Positions 54,641-64,000 of a stretch of 64,000 bases of DNA are shown here, one piece after another. The translations under genes and the position numbers were made by a program. Under the pieces are notes generated by a model. It had not been told where the DNA came from. It saw only the letters and a program-made list of their open reading frames with translations, and did no database searches. Location: positions 4,000,001 through 4,064,000 of the forward strand of contig OZ220741.1 in assembly GCA_965116885.1 (NCBI GenBank). Reading direction: 5' to 3'. This DNA is from Candidatus Latescibacterota bacterium. Lineage in GTDB: Bacteria; Latescibacterota; UBA2968. How positions within the stretch are numbered: position 1 is the first letter of the stretch; each line of letters opens with the position of its first letter.

Positions 54641-57043
54641 ATGAACGCAAATCAAAGATTTTTGCCTTTTCTCATTATCCTCTTTGTGGGCAGTGGATGC
54701 GCCGCGCTCATTTATGAAATTGTCTGGTTTCAGATGTTGCAACTGATTATCGGGTCTTCGGCAATTTCTCTCGGCATCTTGCTGGGTACGTTTATGGGGG
54801 GAATGTGCGTTGGCAGTGTGATGCTTTCGCGCGTTATTTCAACGCGCTACCATCCGTTAAAGGTCTATGCGATTTTGGAATTGGGTATTGGTGTCGCGGG
54901 TCTGATTTTGCTCTTCGTCCTGCCTCTGATAGGCACAATTTATATCGGTTTGGCAACTCATGGATTATGGGGACATTTCCTGCGGGGGATTGTCTGTGCA
55001 ATCTGTCTTTTTTTTCCCACGGTGTTGATGGGGGCGACATTGCCTGCGATAGCGCGGTGGACAGAGTCAACGCCTCGCGGTATTTCGTGGCTCGGTTTTT
55101 TTTATGGGGGAAATATTGCCGGTGCTGTTTGCGGGTGTTTGTTCGCGGGGTTTTATCTGCTGCGCCTGTACGATGTGGTTACGGCGACTTATGTGGCGGT
55201 CGCGCTCAATTTAGCTGTGGCACTTATCGGATATGGGTTGGCGAAATGGGCTGACTATGATGCGCCAATGGAAAAGACGACCACGCGTAGTTTATGGATT
55301 TTAGAGGCTCGATCGGTTTATGTGACCATTGCTATTTCCGGTGCGTGCGCGCTGGGTGCTCAGGTAATTTGGACGCGGTTGTTGTCGCTTATGATGGGGG
55401 CGACTGTTTACGCTTTTTCGATTATCCTGGGGGTTTTTCTAATCGGGTTGGGTGTAGGTAGTAGTGTGGGGGCGTATTTTGCTCGTACAAAAGTAAACCC
55501 CAAAATTGCGCTTGGATGGTGCCAGCTTCTTCTTGTTGGCGCTATTGCCTGGGCGGCTTACGCGCTTGCCCATTTGCTTCCTTACTGGACATCGGGAGGA
55601 ACAACCGCGGTGCGATTTCAACTGGATTTGCTGCGTTGTTTTGTGGCTATTTTTCCCGCGACCGTGCTGTGGGGTGGCAGTTTTCCGCTGGCTCTTGCTG
55701 CGGCGCGTTCGCAGGAAGGCGATCCCGGTGCCTTGGCCGGGAGCGTGTATGCAGCCAATACGGCAGGTGCAATTGTGGGGGCGCTCGGTTTTAGTGTGGT
55801 TTTGATCGCACTTTTGGGGACGCAGATAACGCAGCAGGTGTTACTCATTCTTTCTGCATTTGGGGCTGTTTTGATGTTTGGGCGAAGGTTGTGGCAGGTG
55901 CGCGATGCGGGCAGAACTGTAAGGTCAGATCGATGGGTCGGCGTTGCGGTAGGTGTTGTCTTGCTGGTGTGGAGTCTGCCGGGTCCGCCGCTGTCGTTAA
56001 TTGCTTACGGTCGTTCGCTTCTCGATTGGGGAGAGGGCGCGACATATATTTACGCGGGGGAAGGGATGAATGCATCGGTTGCGGTGTCTGAATTGGACAA
56101 TGGCGTGCGCAATTTTCACGTCAGTGGAAAAGTCGTGGCTTCCAGCGAACCACAGGATATGCGCTTGCAGCGGCTGTTGGGGCATCTTTCTGCATTGATG
56201 CATAGAGAACCGCGTTCTGTGCTCGTGGTCGGATGTGGTGCGGGGGTGACGGCGGGAACTTATGTTTTGTATCCGAGTGTTGAACGCATTGTGATCTGCG
56301 AAATCGAGCCGCTGATTCCGCCAGCAGCCGATGTGTATTTTGGTCCAGAGAACCACGATGTATTAAAAGACCCCCGCGTGGAAATCATTATTGACGATGC
56401 GCGACATTATCTTCTGGCAACAGATGAGAAATTCGATATTATTACGTCTGATCCGATTCATCCCTGGGTTAAGGGTGCTGGCGCGCTGTATTCGAAAGAG
56501 TATTTTGAGTTGTGCAAAAAGCGTTTGAATCCCGGCGGTGTTGTTACGCAATGGGTTCCGCTTTACGAGTCGCGATTAGATGCCGTGAAGAGCGAGATCG
56601 CGACATTTTTTCAGGTATTCCCAGACGGGACAATTTGGGGCAATCAAAATGAAGGCGAGGGATATGATGTTGTGCTATTGGGACAGAGAGATCCTCGCGT
56701 CGTCGATGTCGATGCCCTGCAGACACGTTTGGATCGCGAGGATCATACGGAGGTGTGGGACTCGCTCAGCGATGTGTTTTTGGGATCTGCTGTCGCGTTG
56801 CTTTCGACGTATGCCGGACGCGCTCGTGATCTCGACGAATGGCTCACAGATGCGCAGATCAATCTGGATCGCAATATGCGGCTTCAGTATTTGGCGGGGT
56901 TGGGTTTGAATAACTATGAAGCAGATGCGATTTATACGGCGATTTTGGAGTACGCACATTATCCCGCAAATTTTTTTGTTGCGACCGAAGCGACTGAAAC
57001 CGCATTGAAGGCGCAACTTGCCCGGCAGTACGAGGGACGATGA
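54641..57043 (+). CDS. Fused MFS / spermidine synthase-like methyltransferase-fold protein
   Basis: SGCAALIYEIVW, LMGATLP, YAANTAGAIVG; C-terminal VLVVGCGAGVT, CEIEP, DDAR, DIITSDP, GGVVTQW. Confidence 0.9.
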   Translation: MNANQRFLPFLIILFVGSGCAALIYEIVWFQMLQLIIGSSAISLGILLGTFMGGMCVGSVMLSRVISTRYHPLKVYAILELGIGVAGLILLFVLPLIGTIYIGLATHGLWGHFLRGIVCAICLFFPTVLMGATLPAIARWTESTPRGISWLGFFYGGNIAGAVCGCLFAGFYLLRLYDVVTATYVAVALNLAVALIGYGLAKWADYDAPMEKTTTRSLWILEARSVYVTIAISGACALGAQVIWTRLLSLMMGATVYAFSIILGVFLIGLGVGSSVGAYFARTKVNPKIALGWCQLLLVGAIAWAAYALAHLLPYWTSGGTTAVRFQLDLLRCFVAIFPATVLWGGSFPLALAAARSQEGDPGALAGSVYAANTAGAIVGALGFSVVLIALLGTQITQQVLLILSAFGAVLMFGRRLWQVRDAGRTVRSDRWVGVAVGVVLLVWSLPGPPLSLIAYGRSLLDWGEGATYIYAGEGMNASVAVSELDNGVRNFHVSGKVVASSEPQDMRLQRLLGHLSALMHREPRSVLVVGCGAGVTAGTYVLYPSVERIVICEIEPLIPPAADVYFGPENHDVLKDPRVEIIIDDARHYLLATDEKFDIITSDPIHPWVKGAGALYSKEYFELCKKRLNPGGVVTQWVPLYESRLDAVKSEIATFFQVFPDGTIWGNQNEGEGYDVVLLGQRDPRVVDVDALQTRLDREDHTEVWDSLSDVFLGSAVALLSTYAGRARDLDEWLTDAQINLDRNMRLQYLAGLGLNNYEADAIYTAILEYAHYPANFFVATEATETALKAQLARQYEGR

Positions 57044-57074
57044 TGACGGGTTTGATAAAGGAGGAGTTTACAAT

Positions 57075-58193
57075 ATGGAAAAGGTGAGAGTAGGTGTTAT
57101 TGGCATTGGTGGAAGAGGGAGCGGTCACGCGAAGTATTTTACGGCAGGCGATATTCCGCATGGGGAGTTGACAGCGGTCTACGATATCGATCCGGATAGG
57201 ATTCAGTGGGCGCGCGACAACCTGGGAGAAAACGTGCGGACATTTGACAATGGCGACGATCTGATTACGTCGGGAGCCGTTGATGCGATTATTGTGGCGA
57301 CGCCGCATTACGATCATCCGACTTATGCTATAAAGGGATTTGAGAACGATTTGCATGTTTTGATAGAGAAACCCGCAGGCGTATATACCAGACAAGTTTA
57401 TGAGATGAATGATGCCGCTGAAAAAAGTGGCAAAGTGTTTGCCCTGATGTTCAATCAGCGAACCCGTCCACACCACCAAAAATTGCGAGAATTGGTGGCT
57501 TCTGGCGAATTGGGAGATATTCAGCGCACGAATTATATCGTTACAAGCTGGTTTCGAGCCCAAAGTTATTACGATAAGGGCGAATGGCGCGCGACATGGT
57601 CGGGCGAGGGGGGCGGTGTGTTGATGAATCAGTGCCCGCATAATTTGGATCTGTGGCAGTGGATCTGCGGGATGCCGTCGCGCGTACGCGCGTTTATCAG
57701 CTATGGCAAATATCACGATATTGAGGTGGATGACGACGTTACTGCGTATGTGGAATACGACAGCGGTGCGACGGGCGTATTCATTACCACAACCGGAGAG
57801 TTCCCCGGAAGCAATCGCCTGGAGATAGCGACGGATCGCGGCAAGGTGGTTATGGAAAACAACAACATTGTGTGGTGGCGGTCAAATGTTTCTCTGAGTG
57901 AATTCTCTCGGGGATATACTGGCGGCTTTGGCAAACCCAGATCGGAAAAGCTCGATATCCCTCTCGGCGAAGACGGCGGGGCGCACCGCGGCATAATTAA
58001 CAACTGGTGTGACGCCATATTGAATGACAGCCCATTGCTCGCGCCCGGAGTTGAGGGCATTCGCGGAGTTGAATTGGCGAATGCGATGCTTTTGTCTTCC
58101 TGGCTGGACGATTGGGTCGATATTCCCGTTGATCGAGATCTGTATTTTGAAAAATTGCAGGAGAAAATTCAAAATTCGCAACAGGGGACTTAA
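57075..58193 (+). CDS. Gfo/Idh/MocA family oxidoreductase
   Basis: VIGIGGRG, ATPHYDH, HVLIEKP, GGGVLMNQCPHNLD. Confidence 0.95.
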   Translation: MEKVRVGVIGIGGRGSGHAKYFTAGDIPHGELTAVYDIDPDRIQWARDNLGENVRTFDNGDDLITSGAVDAIIVATPHYDHPTYAIKGFENDLHVLIEKPAGVYTRQVYEMNDAAEKSGKVFALMFNQRTRPHHQKLRELVASGELGDIQRTNYIVTSWFRAQSYYDKGEWRATWSGEGGGVLMNQCPHNLDLWQWICGMPSRVRAFISYGKYHDIEVDDDVTAYVEYDSGATGVFITTTGEFPGSNRLEIATDRGKVVMENNNIVWWRSNVSLSEFSRGYTGGFGKPRSEKLDIPLGEDGGAHRGIINNWCDAILNDSPLLAPGVEGIRGVELANAMLLSSWLDDWVDIPVDRDLYFEKLQEKIQNSQQGT

Positions 58194-58194
58194 A

Positions 58195-59346
58195 ATGGTA
58201 CCGAGTATTGCGGCATTGGATGAAGCGGCTGAAAAACCCGTTTTGGTCCTGAATGGGCTGGATGAGCCGGTTGTGATCGAATCCATTCGGTTGCTCAAAG
58301 ACGAGCGGGAGTATTACGTTCATGTGCGTTCGAAAGATGGCGCGGAAGGTCTGGCGTTTACGAATGGACGGGCGCAATATGTGTATCCGATTCTCACGAA
58401 GTTGGTGATTCCCTATTTTATTGGAAAAGATGCCCGCGACCTCGAAGATCATTTGTGGGGTGTGTACCGCCACAGCAGCAATTACAAATTGCAGGGATTG
58501 GCTTTCTGGTGTTGTGTGGCGTGGGTCGAGATGGCGCTGTTGGATTTGCTCGGTCGGATTGCAAAAAAATCCATTCCCGAACTCCTGGGCGGTATTGTGC
58601 GCGAGTGGGTTCCATTTTACGTTGCGAGTGGGCGGCGGGATAGTACACCAGAAGAAGAAGTGGTTTATTTGCAGGGACTGATCGACGAGACGGGCGCGCC
58701 GGCAGTCAAGTTTAGAATTGGCGGGCGCATGAGCAAAAACGCAGATGCTATGCCCGGGCGAACACCAAATTTGATCGCGTTGTCTCGCAAGGTACTCGGT
58801 GATGAGATTGATATCCACGCGGACTCCAATAGTTCTTACGATCCGCCGCAGGCGATTGAAGTGGGACGTATGCTCGAAGATATTGGAGCTGTTTATTTTG
58901 AAGAGCCTTGTCCGTTTGATCACCTCGAAGATACAAAGGTCGTTGCCGATGCGCTGGATATTCCCGTTTCTGGGGGCGAACAGGAGTTCAGCGACCGACG
59001 GTTTCGATGGATGATTGCCAATCACGGTGTGGATATTGTACAGCCCGACCTGCATTATTACGGGGGGCTTATTCGCTCGACGCGCGTTGCGCGAATGGCC
59101 GAATTAGTCGAAATGCCGACAACTGTTCATATCTCGGGAGGTTTTGGATTTATTTACATGCTCCACTTTGCCGCCTGTACACCTGATATCGGTCGATATC
59201 AGGAATATAAAAGGGGAATTGAGAAATACCGCGAGTGGTTTGATCCTCCACTCGAGATTCGAGATGGAAAGATGAGTGTTCCCAAAGGAGTGGGATGTGG
59301 GATTGTAGATATTCAGAGAATTATTGACGGTGCGGATCGCTTATAG
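58195..59346 (+). CDS. Mandelate racemase/muconate lactonizing enzyme family protein
   Basis: EMALLDLLG, KFRIGGRM, ADSN, FEEPCP, GGEQ, VQPD. Confidence 0.9.
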   Translation: MVPSIAALDEAAEKPVLVLNGLDEPVVIESIRLLKDEREYYVHVRSKDGAEGLAFTNGRAQYVYPILTKLVIPYFIGKDARDLEDHLWGVYRHSSNYKLQGLAFWCCVAWVEMALLDLLGRIAKKSIPELLGGIVREWVPFYVASGRRDSTPEEEVVYLQGLIDETGAPAVKFRIGGRMSKNADAMPGRTPNLIALSRKVLGDEIDIHADSNSSYDPPQAIEVGRMLEDIGAVYFEEPCPFDHLEDTKVVADALDIPVSGGEQEFSDRRFRWMIANHGVDIVQPDLHYYGGLIRSTRVARMAELVEMPTTVHISGGFGFIYMLHFAACTPDIGRYQEYKRGIEKYREWFDPPLEIRDGKMSVPKGVGCGIVDIQRIIDGADRL

Positions 59347-59359
59347 GACATAACAAATC

Positions 59360-60700
59360 ATGGAAATGGCACAGCATGGGGGACCGCCGCTACGCGATGT
59401 GATAGCGGCGAGGCGCTCGCAAAGGGAGACGCGCCGAAATAGCTGGTTGCTGGTGATCAATGGCGGCATGGTGATGATGGCCTATACGTTTATCAGTGCG
59501 GATCTGGTGATGCCAGCCTTTGTGCAAACGCTGACTACATCCAGTATTCTGGTGGGGATGGCTGGTGCGCTCATGAGAATGGGATGGGCCTGGCCGCAGG
59601 TTTTCATTTCCCGGATTATCGAACCCAAACCCCGAAAGATGCCTTTGCTGATCTGGGCGGGTATGGCCCGAAGTGTGATGTGGATTCTGGTGGGCGTAAT
59701 GACCTTTTTTTTAGGCGGGCAAAATCCCGCGTTTTTTTTGTTTTTATTTATGGTGTTTTACGCTTTGGGGACATCGCTGATGGGTGTGATGAATGTGCCG
59801 TGGATGGATTTGATGGGCAAGGCGATTCCCGCGTCGCATCGGGCAAAAGTTTTTGCTCTGCGCCGTTTTTCAGGCGGTATTATGTCCATGGTCGCGGGCG
59901 TTCTGATTTCCTATATCCTGAGCGCGCAGAGCGGTCTCTCATTTCCGAGTAATTATGCGGTATTATTTATGCTCTCTGGTTCGGGTACGGCGCTGGCCGT
60001 GCTGACTTTTGGCATGATCCGCGAACCCATTGAAAAAAGCACGCGCGCGCAGCTTTCTTTGAAAAATTATATGCTCAGTGGCCTGAGCCTGATGAAAGAT
60101 GATGTGAATTTCAGGCGTTTGTGCATGGTGCAATTTTTGTGGGGCTTTAGCATGATGGGCGGGCCGTTTTACGTGCCTTATGCGATTTCCGGTCTGGGCA
60201 TTGGAGTGGTTTATATTGGGTTTTATGTGACTGCTATGCAATTTAGCTCAGTTTTTTCAAATGTTGCATGGGCATGGGTGGGGCGTTACAAGGGCAATCA
60301 GGCGTTGTTTTTGTACGGTACCTGCTTGCTCGCGCTGTCTATTCTGGTTCCTATATGTATCGTGTATGTGCCCGATCGCACCTTCTGGATCTGGGACACA
60401 GAGGTGAATTTGAGGGTTGTGGTGTATGCGTTTACGTTCATTTTTTCAGGCGCAGCGCAAAGCGGCATGTATTCGGGACGCATGACGTATGTTCTCGATA
60501 TTGCGCCCGCAGACCGGCGGCCAACTTATACCAGCTTTATGAATATGTTTATGTTTCCGCAGGGGTTATTGCCCATGCTGGCCGGGGTGCTGGTCGCGTG
60601 GATTTCCTATCAGAATTTGTTTCGTATTTCCCTGTTATTTATCCCATTTGCCGCAATACTCGCCTATCAATTAAAACCGGTTATTCACAGTGAGGAATGA
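59360..60700 (+). CDS. MFS transporter
   Basis: About 12 hydrophobic segments; WMDLMGKAIP..HR, LDIAPADRRPTY. Confidence 0.88.
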   Translation: MEMAQHGGPPLRDVIAARRSQRETRRNSWLLVINGGMVMMAYTFISADLVMPAFVQTLTTSSILVGMAGALMRMGWAWPQVFISRIIEPKPRKMPLLIWAGMARSVMWILVGVMTFFLGGQNPAFFLFLFMVFYALGTSLMGVMNVPWMDLMGKAIPASHRAKVFALRRFSGGIMSMVAGVLISYILSAQSGLSFPSNYAVLFMLSGSGTALAVLTFGMIREPIEKSTRAQLSLKNYMLSGLSLMKDDVNFRRLCMVQFLWGFSMMGGPFYVPYAISGLGIGVVYIGFYVTAMQFSSVFSNVAWAWVGRYKGNQALFLYGTCLLALSILVPICIVYVPDRTFWIWDTEVNLRVVVYAFTFIFSGAAQSGMYSGRMTYVLDIAPADRRPTYTSFMNMFMFPQGLLPMLAGVLVAWISYQNLFRISLLFIPFAAILAYQLKPVIHSEE

Positions 60701-62064
60701 ATTTCCTCAACGAGGTCTTCTGCGGGATAGGTGAGTATCTCCGATAGTGTGGGGTGGTAATGTGGGATATTCATGAGGTCATGGACGGTGCCGCGAAAGT
60801 ACATGATGGCGATGAGTTCGTGGAAGAGTTCGCCGGCTTCTGGACCAACGATATGTCCGCCGATGATTTCGCCTGTTTCGGGATGGCAGAGGATTTTGAC
60901 AAATCCATGAAGTTCCCCCAGGACCATGGATTTGCCGTGGTCGTCAAAGGGATAGGACGCGACGCGATAGGGGATGTTTTGCTCGCGGCATTCTTTTTCG
61001 GTGAGGCCCACAGACGCAAATTGTGGATCGGTGAAGACCACTTCGGCCTTGAGCCTGTAGTCGATGCTCTGATTTTTGGTTCCACCAACGGCGTTGTGAC
61101 CGGCTATCTCGCCTTGCTGAACGGCGATGTGTACGATTTCGTAGAGTCCCGTGCAATCGCCCGCAGCGTAAATATTGGGCACGCTGGTACGCATGTGACG
61201 ATCCACGAGAATGCGTCCGCGCTCGACGCTTACGCCGGCATTTTCAAGCGCGAGCGATTGGATGGCGGGTACGCGCCCCAAAGCATGGAGGATTATGTCT
61301 GCTGACGCGCGATGGAGTTTGCCTTTGTGGTGAAAATGGGCGATTTTGGCATTGTTTTTGGTCGTGAATTTTTGCAATTGCGTGTCAGTAAAGACTTCCA
61401 TGCCTTCTTCTCTGAAGCGTGCTTCTACCGGACGTGCGAGGTCTTCGTCAGTGCTGCTGAAGATGTGATGGCTGCGTTGAATCAGTGTGGTACGCGTTCC
61501 AAGTCGGCAGAAAAATTGTGCAAATTCCGTTGCGACAGGTCCGCCGCCTAATACGATCATCGATTCTGGCAATTCCCGCAGTTCAAGTGCTTCATCGCTG
61601 GTGATATAACCCACTTCTTTCAAGCCGGGAATGGGGATGTCGGCAACGGTTGATCCCGTGCTGAGGATAAAACTTCGCGCGGTAATATTTTGTTTTTCCA
61701 CTGCGATGGTGTTGCGATTGACAAACTGCGCCGTGCCGTTGATGAGGGTGAATCGCGGATTGCGAAGTTGCCCGATGCGATAGTCTGCAAATTCACTGAC
61801 GAGTGCGCGTTTGCGGTCGTTGATTTCGTCGAGATTTGCGCGCAAATGAGAAGCGCGCAGGCCAAATTCTTTTGCGCGGCGCATCAAGGACATGATTTCG
61901 GATGAGCGCAGAATGGTTTTGGTGGGCATGCAGCCGCGCAAGATGCACAGGCCACCGAGAGGCCCTTTGTCGATAATGGCAACTTTTGCGCCGAGTTCTT
62001 GTGCCGTGCGCGCAGCGGCGTATCCCGCACTCCCGCCGCCGATAACGATGACGTCGTAATCCAT
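60685..62064 (-). CDS. Pyridine nucleotide-disulfide oxidoreductase (dihydrolipoamide dehydrogenase-like)
   Basis: GGGSAG, GGLCILRGCMPTK, GGGPVATE, YAAGD, HPTLSE. Confidence 0.9.
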   Translation of the reverse strand: MDYDVIVIGGGSAGYAAARTAQELGAKVAIIDKGPLGGLCILRGCMPTKTILRSSEIMSLMRRAKEFGLRASHLRANLDEINDRKRALVSEFADYRIGQLRNPRFTLINGTAQFVNRNTIAVEKQNITARSFILSTGSTVADIPIPGLKEVGYITSDEALELRELPESMIVLGGGPVATEFAQFFCRLGTRTTLIQRSHHIFSSTDEDLARPVEARFREEGMEVFTDTQLQKFTTKNNAKIAHFHHKGKLHRASADIILHALGRVPAIQSLALENAGVSVERGRILVDRHMRTSVPNIYAAGDCTGLYEIVHIAVQQGEIAGHNAVGGTKNQSIDYRLKAEVVFTDPQFASVGLTEKECREQNIPYRVASYPFDDHGKSMVLGELHGFVKILCHPETGEIIGGHIVGPEAGELFHELIAIMYFRGTVHDLMNIPHYHPTLSEILTYPAEDLVEEIHSSL

Positions 62065-62212
62065 AGTGATTTCCTTAGAGGTAAGAGGACGTAAAATTAA
62101 GACGACTCAATCTCTCTCGTGTTTCCCCTTTTAGGTCTTATTCTGGGAGCGATTGGGCAGACTAACAACTTAAAATGTCTCTTTGATTTGAGCAAGGAGT
62201 TTGGAGGTTTTT

Positions 62213-63289
62213 ATGCATGAACTCGTGAATGGTATTGTGCAGACAGAGGCGGGAGAGCAGGAGCGGTTGATTCAGGTTGGAGATTTGAGAGAAACGACAC
62301 AGCGGCTTTATGAAGCCGTTGGCGTGCCGAAGGCGGATGCACAGTTGATGGTCGATTTGCAAGTCGAGACAGATGTACGTGGGGTTCACTCACACGGTAC
62401 GCGAGCTGTGCCAAACTACTTGAAGCGCATTCAAACTGGTCACACAAATCCAAAACCCGAAATTCGCGTTGTCCGCGAAGGTCCTGCATCGGCAACGGTA
62501 GATGGCGATGGGTGTTTGGGGCATCTGGCATCTTATCGAGCGATGCAACTGGCAATTGCAAAAGCAGATAAACTGGGGATTGCGGCGACAACGGTTGTAA
62601 ACAGCCGTCACTACGGCGCAGCGGCTTGTTACGCGACGATGGCATTGGACTGGGATATGATCGGTTTTTGCGTGTCGAGCAGTAGTCGGGGCGTGGCGCC
62701 TTATGGCGGGATAGACAGGTTGTTGGGGAATCACGCGCTGGCTTATGCGATTCCGGCGGGTCGAGAATATCCCATTGTTCTGGATATGGCGACGGGGCGG
62801 TCCGCCTGGGGGCGAGTGGGCACTATGCGTTTGTATGGACGGAAATTAGACGGCGAGTGGGTGTTAGACGAGGATGGGCAGGTGACAGACGATCCGGCGC
62901 GCGCGCATGCGCTGGTAGCTCCCGGTGGCGCGAAGGGATCGGGGCTAAATGTGGTAATGGATGTTTTGAGCGGTATTCTGCCTTTTGGCCTGGCAACGGT
63001 GAATCGGGAAGATGAATATCAAGGGCAGCGGCGGGCCAGTCACTTTTTTCAGGCGATCAAGATTGAGACATTTTGCGATGTGTCGGATTTCAAACGGGAA
63101 GTTGATCGGATGATTCAGACGATTCGAGCTTCTCGTCCAAAAGAAGGTGTGGATCGCATTTACGTGCCTGGTGAGATTGAGTGGTTAAAAAAGGCGGCCT
63201 GGGAAAAGACGGGGATACCGCTGCATAAAACCCATGTGGAAGCTTTGGAAAAAGCGGCTGAGGAATTGGGTGTAGAGGTGGCTTTTTGA
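62213..63289 (+). CDS. Ldh_2 family oxidoreductase (type 2 malate/L-lactate dehydrogenase family)
   Basis: RGVHSHG, RHYGAA, LDMAT, GAKGSGL, IYVPGE; GGAGG RBS. Confidence 0.92.
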   Translation: MHELVNGIVQTEAGEQERLIQVGDLRETTQRLYEAVGVPKADAQLMVDLQVETDVRGVHSHGTRAVPNYLKRIQTGHTNPKPEIRVVREGPASATVDGDGCLGHLASYRAMQLAIAKADKLGIAATTVVNSRHYGAAACYATMALDWDMIGFCVSSSSRGVAPYGGIDRLLGNHALAYAIPAGREYPIVLDMATGRSAWGRVGTMRLYGRKLDGEWVLDEDGQVTDDPARAHALVAPGGAKGSGLNVVMDVLSGILPFGLATVNREDEYQGQRRASHFFQAIKIETFCDVSDFKREVDRMIQTIRASRPKEGVDRIYVPGEIEWLKKAAWEKTGIPLHKTHVEALEKAAEELGVEVAF

Positions 63290-64000
63290 TGGAGGAAGCC
63301 CGAGATTTTCAGATGAAAGAGAATAATAAACCATTAGTCTCAATTATCATCCCCCATTATTTGGGGGATATCCTTTCCGAATGCCTGGCATTTGTCTATG
63401 CGCGGACATCGGATGTTTCTTTTGAAGTTATTGTAGCAGATGATCAGCCTTATCCCGATGGCAGTCTGGATCGGGCATTGGAAAAATTTCCGGATATTCG
63501 CATTGTGAAGACGGGGGGAGGACATGGGAAGCCGAGCAAGGGGATGGGTGCCGGGTGCAACCGGGGGTTGGAGGTTGCAAAGGGGACGTATGCGATGTTG
63601 TTGAATTCGGATGTGGAGGTGGGCGAAGGGTGGTTGCCGCCGCTGATTGATGCCCTGAAATTCGATCCTGAGATTGGGGCGTGTCAGTCCAGGGTGCGGT
63701 CGTTGCAGAATCGCAAAATGTTTGATTATGGCGGGGCTGCAGGCGGGCTGATGGATAAGTGGGGATTTACGTTTTGTCAGGGCAGAATATTTGAGTTTGT
63801 AGAAGAAGATGTGGGGCAATACAATCACTCCCGCGATATTTTTTGGGCTATCGGAGGAGCTATGTTTTTGCGCGTGGATTGCCTCGAAAAAACAGGACTG
63901 ATCGATGAGGAATTTGTAATGCATATGGAAGAGATCGATTTGTCCTGGCGGTTTCACCTTGCGGGGTATCGCATCGTCTATGTGCCCGATTCTCTGGTAT
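63289..64000 (+). CDS. Glycosyltransferase family 2 protein (3'-truncated by window; absent from ORF track)
   Basis: Manual translation: LVSIIIPHY, EVIVADD, GCNRG, LLNSDVEV, FDYGGAAGG, WAIGGAMF, EEIDLSWR; start 63289 or 63313. Confidence 0.9.
   Translation, partial: MEEARDFQMKENNKPLVSIIIPHYLGDILSECLAFVYARTSDVSFEVIVADDQPYPDGSLDRALEKFPDIRIVKTGGGHGKPSKGMGAGCNRGLEVAKGTYAMLLNSDVEVGEGWLPPLIDALKFDPEIGACQSRVRSLQNRKMFDYGGAAGGLMDKWGFTFCQGRIFEFVEEDVGQYNHSRDIFWAIGGAMFLRVDCLEKTGLIDEEFVMHMEEIDLSWRFHLAGYRIVYVPDSLV

Noticed and set aside
56859..59055. 285-aa and 352-aa minus-strand ORFs
   Set aside because: Shadows of the oxidoreductase and enolase-family genes
60685..62064. Mercuric reductase merA or bona fide lpdA
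   Set aside because: No C-terminal Cys-Cys pair or mer genes, and no 2-oxoacid dehydrogenase context; only a family-level call is supported
63340..63957. 205-aa minus-strand ORF
   Set aside because: Antisense to the GT2 gene, which has clear motifs

Overview
Gene-dense bacterial chromosomal window of roughly 50% GC (by eye) from a diderm organism. Gene content (dockerin-like DxDGDGxVxFxDFL tail, DUF6785-like transporter, many Gfo/Idh/MocA, enolase-superfamily and PhyH enzymes) suggests an FCB-related candidate lineage such as Latescibacterota; this is inference only. Contents: an iron/manganese hub (DtxR regulator-feoA-feoB-Cys peptide, then a troABCD-like ABC system in which both permeases carry DtxR-like C-terminal domains, then a TroR/MntR-like regulator); housekeeping genes (map, hpf, hprK, aspartate kinase); two paralogous TonB-dependent receptors flanking a BCCT transporter; an orphan NlaIII-type adenine methyltransferase; a long sugar-acid/oxidoreductase catabolic run; and a GT2 gene running off the right edge. 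Highlights: (1) a probable ArsC/Spx-family selenoprotein (in-frame UGA giving U-S-T-C, with a SECIS-like hairpin) truncated by the ORF track, lying 25 nt downstream of (2) a tandem-duplicated UxaA/GarD dehydratase whose halves have lost complementary motifs; (3) a GAF plus mini PepSY-TM fusion next to a lipoprotein cytochrome c; (4) a riboswitch/attenuator-like leader upstream of the DUF6785-like gene; (5) several families of short intergenic tandem or foldback repeats that often start on stop codons. No rRNA, tRNA, CRISPR array or transposase was recognised.
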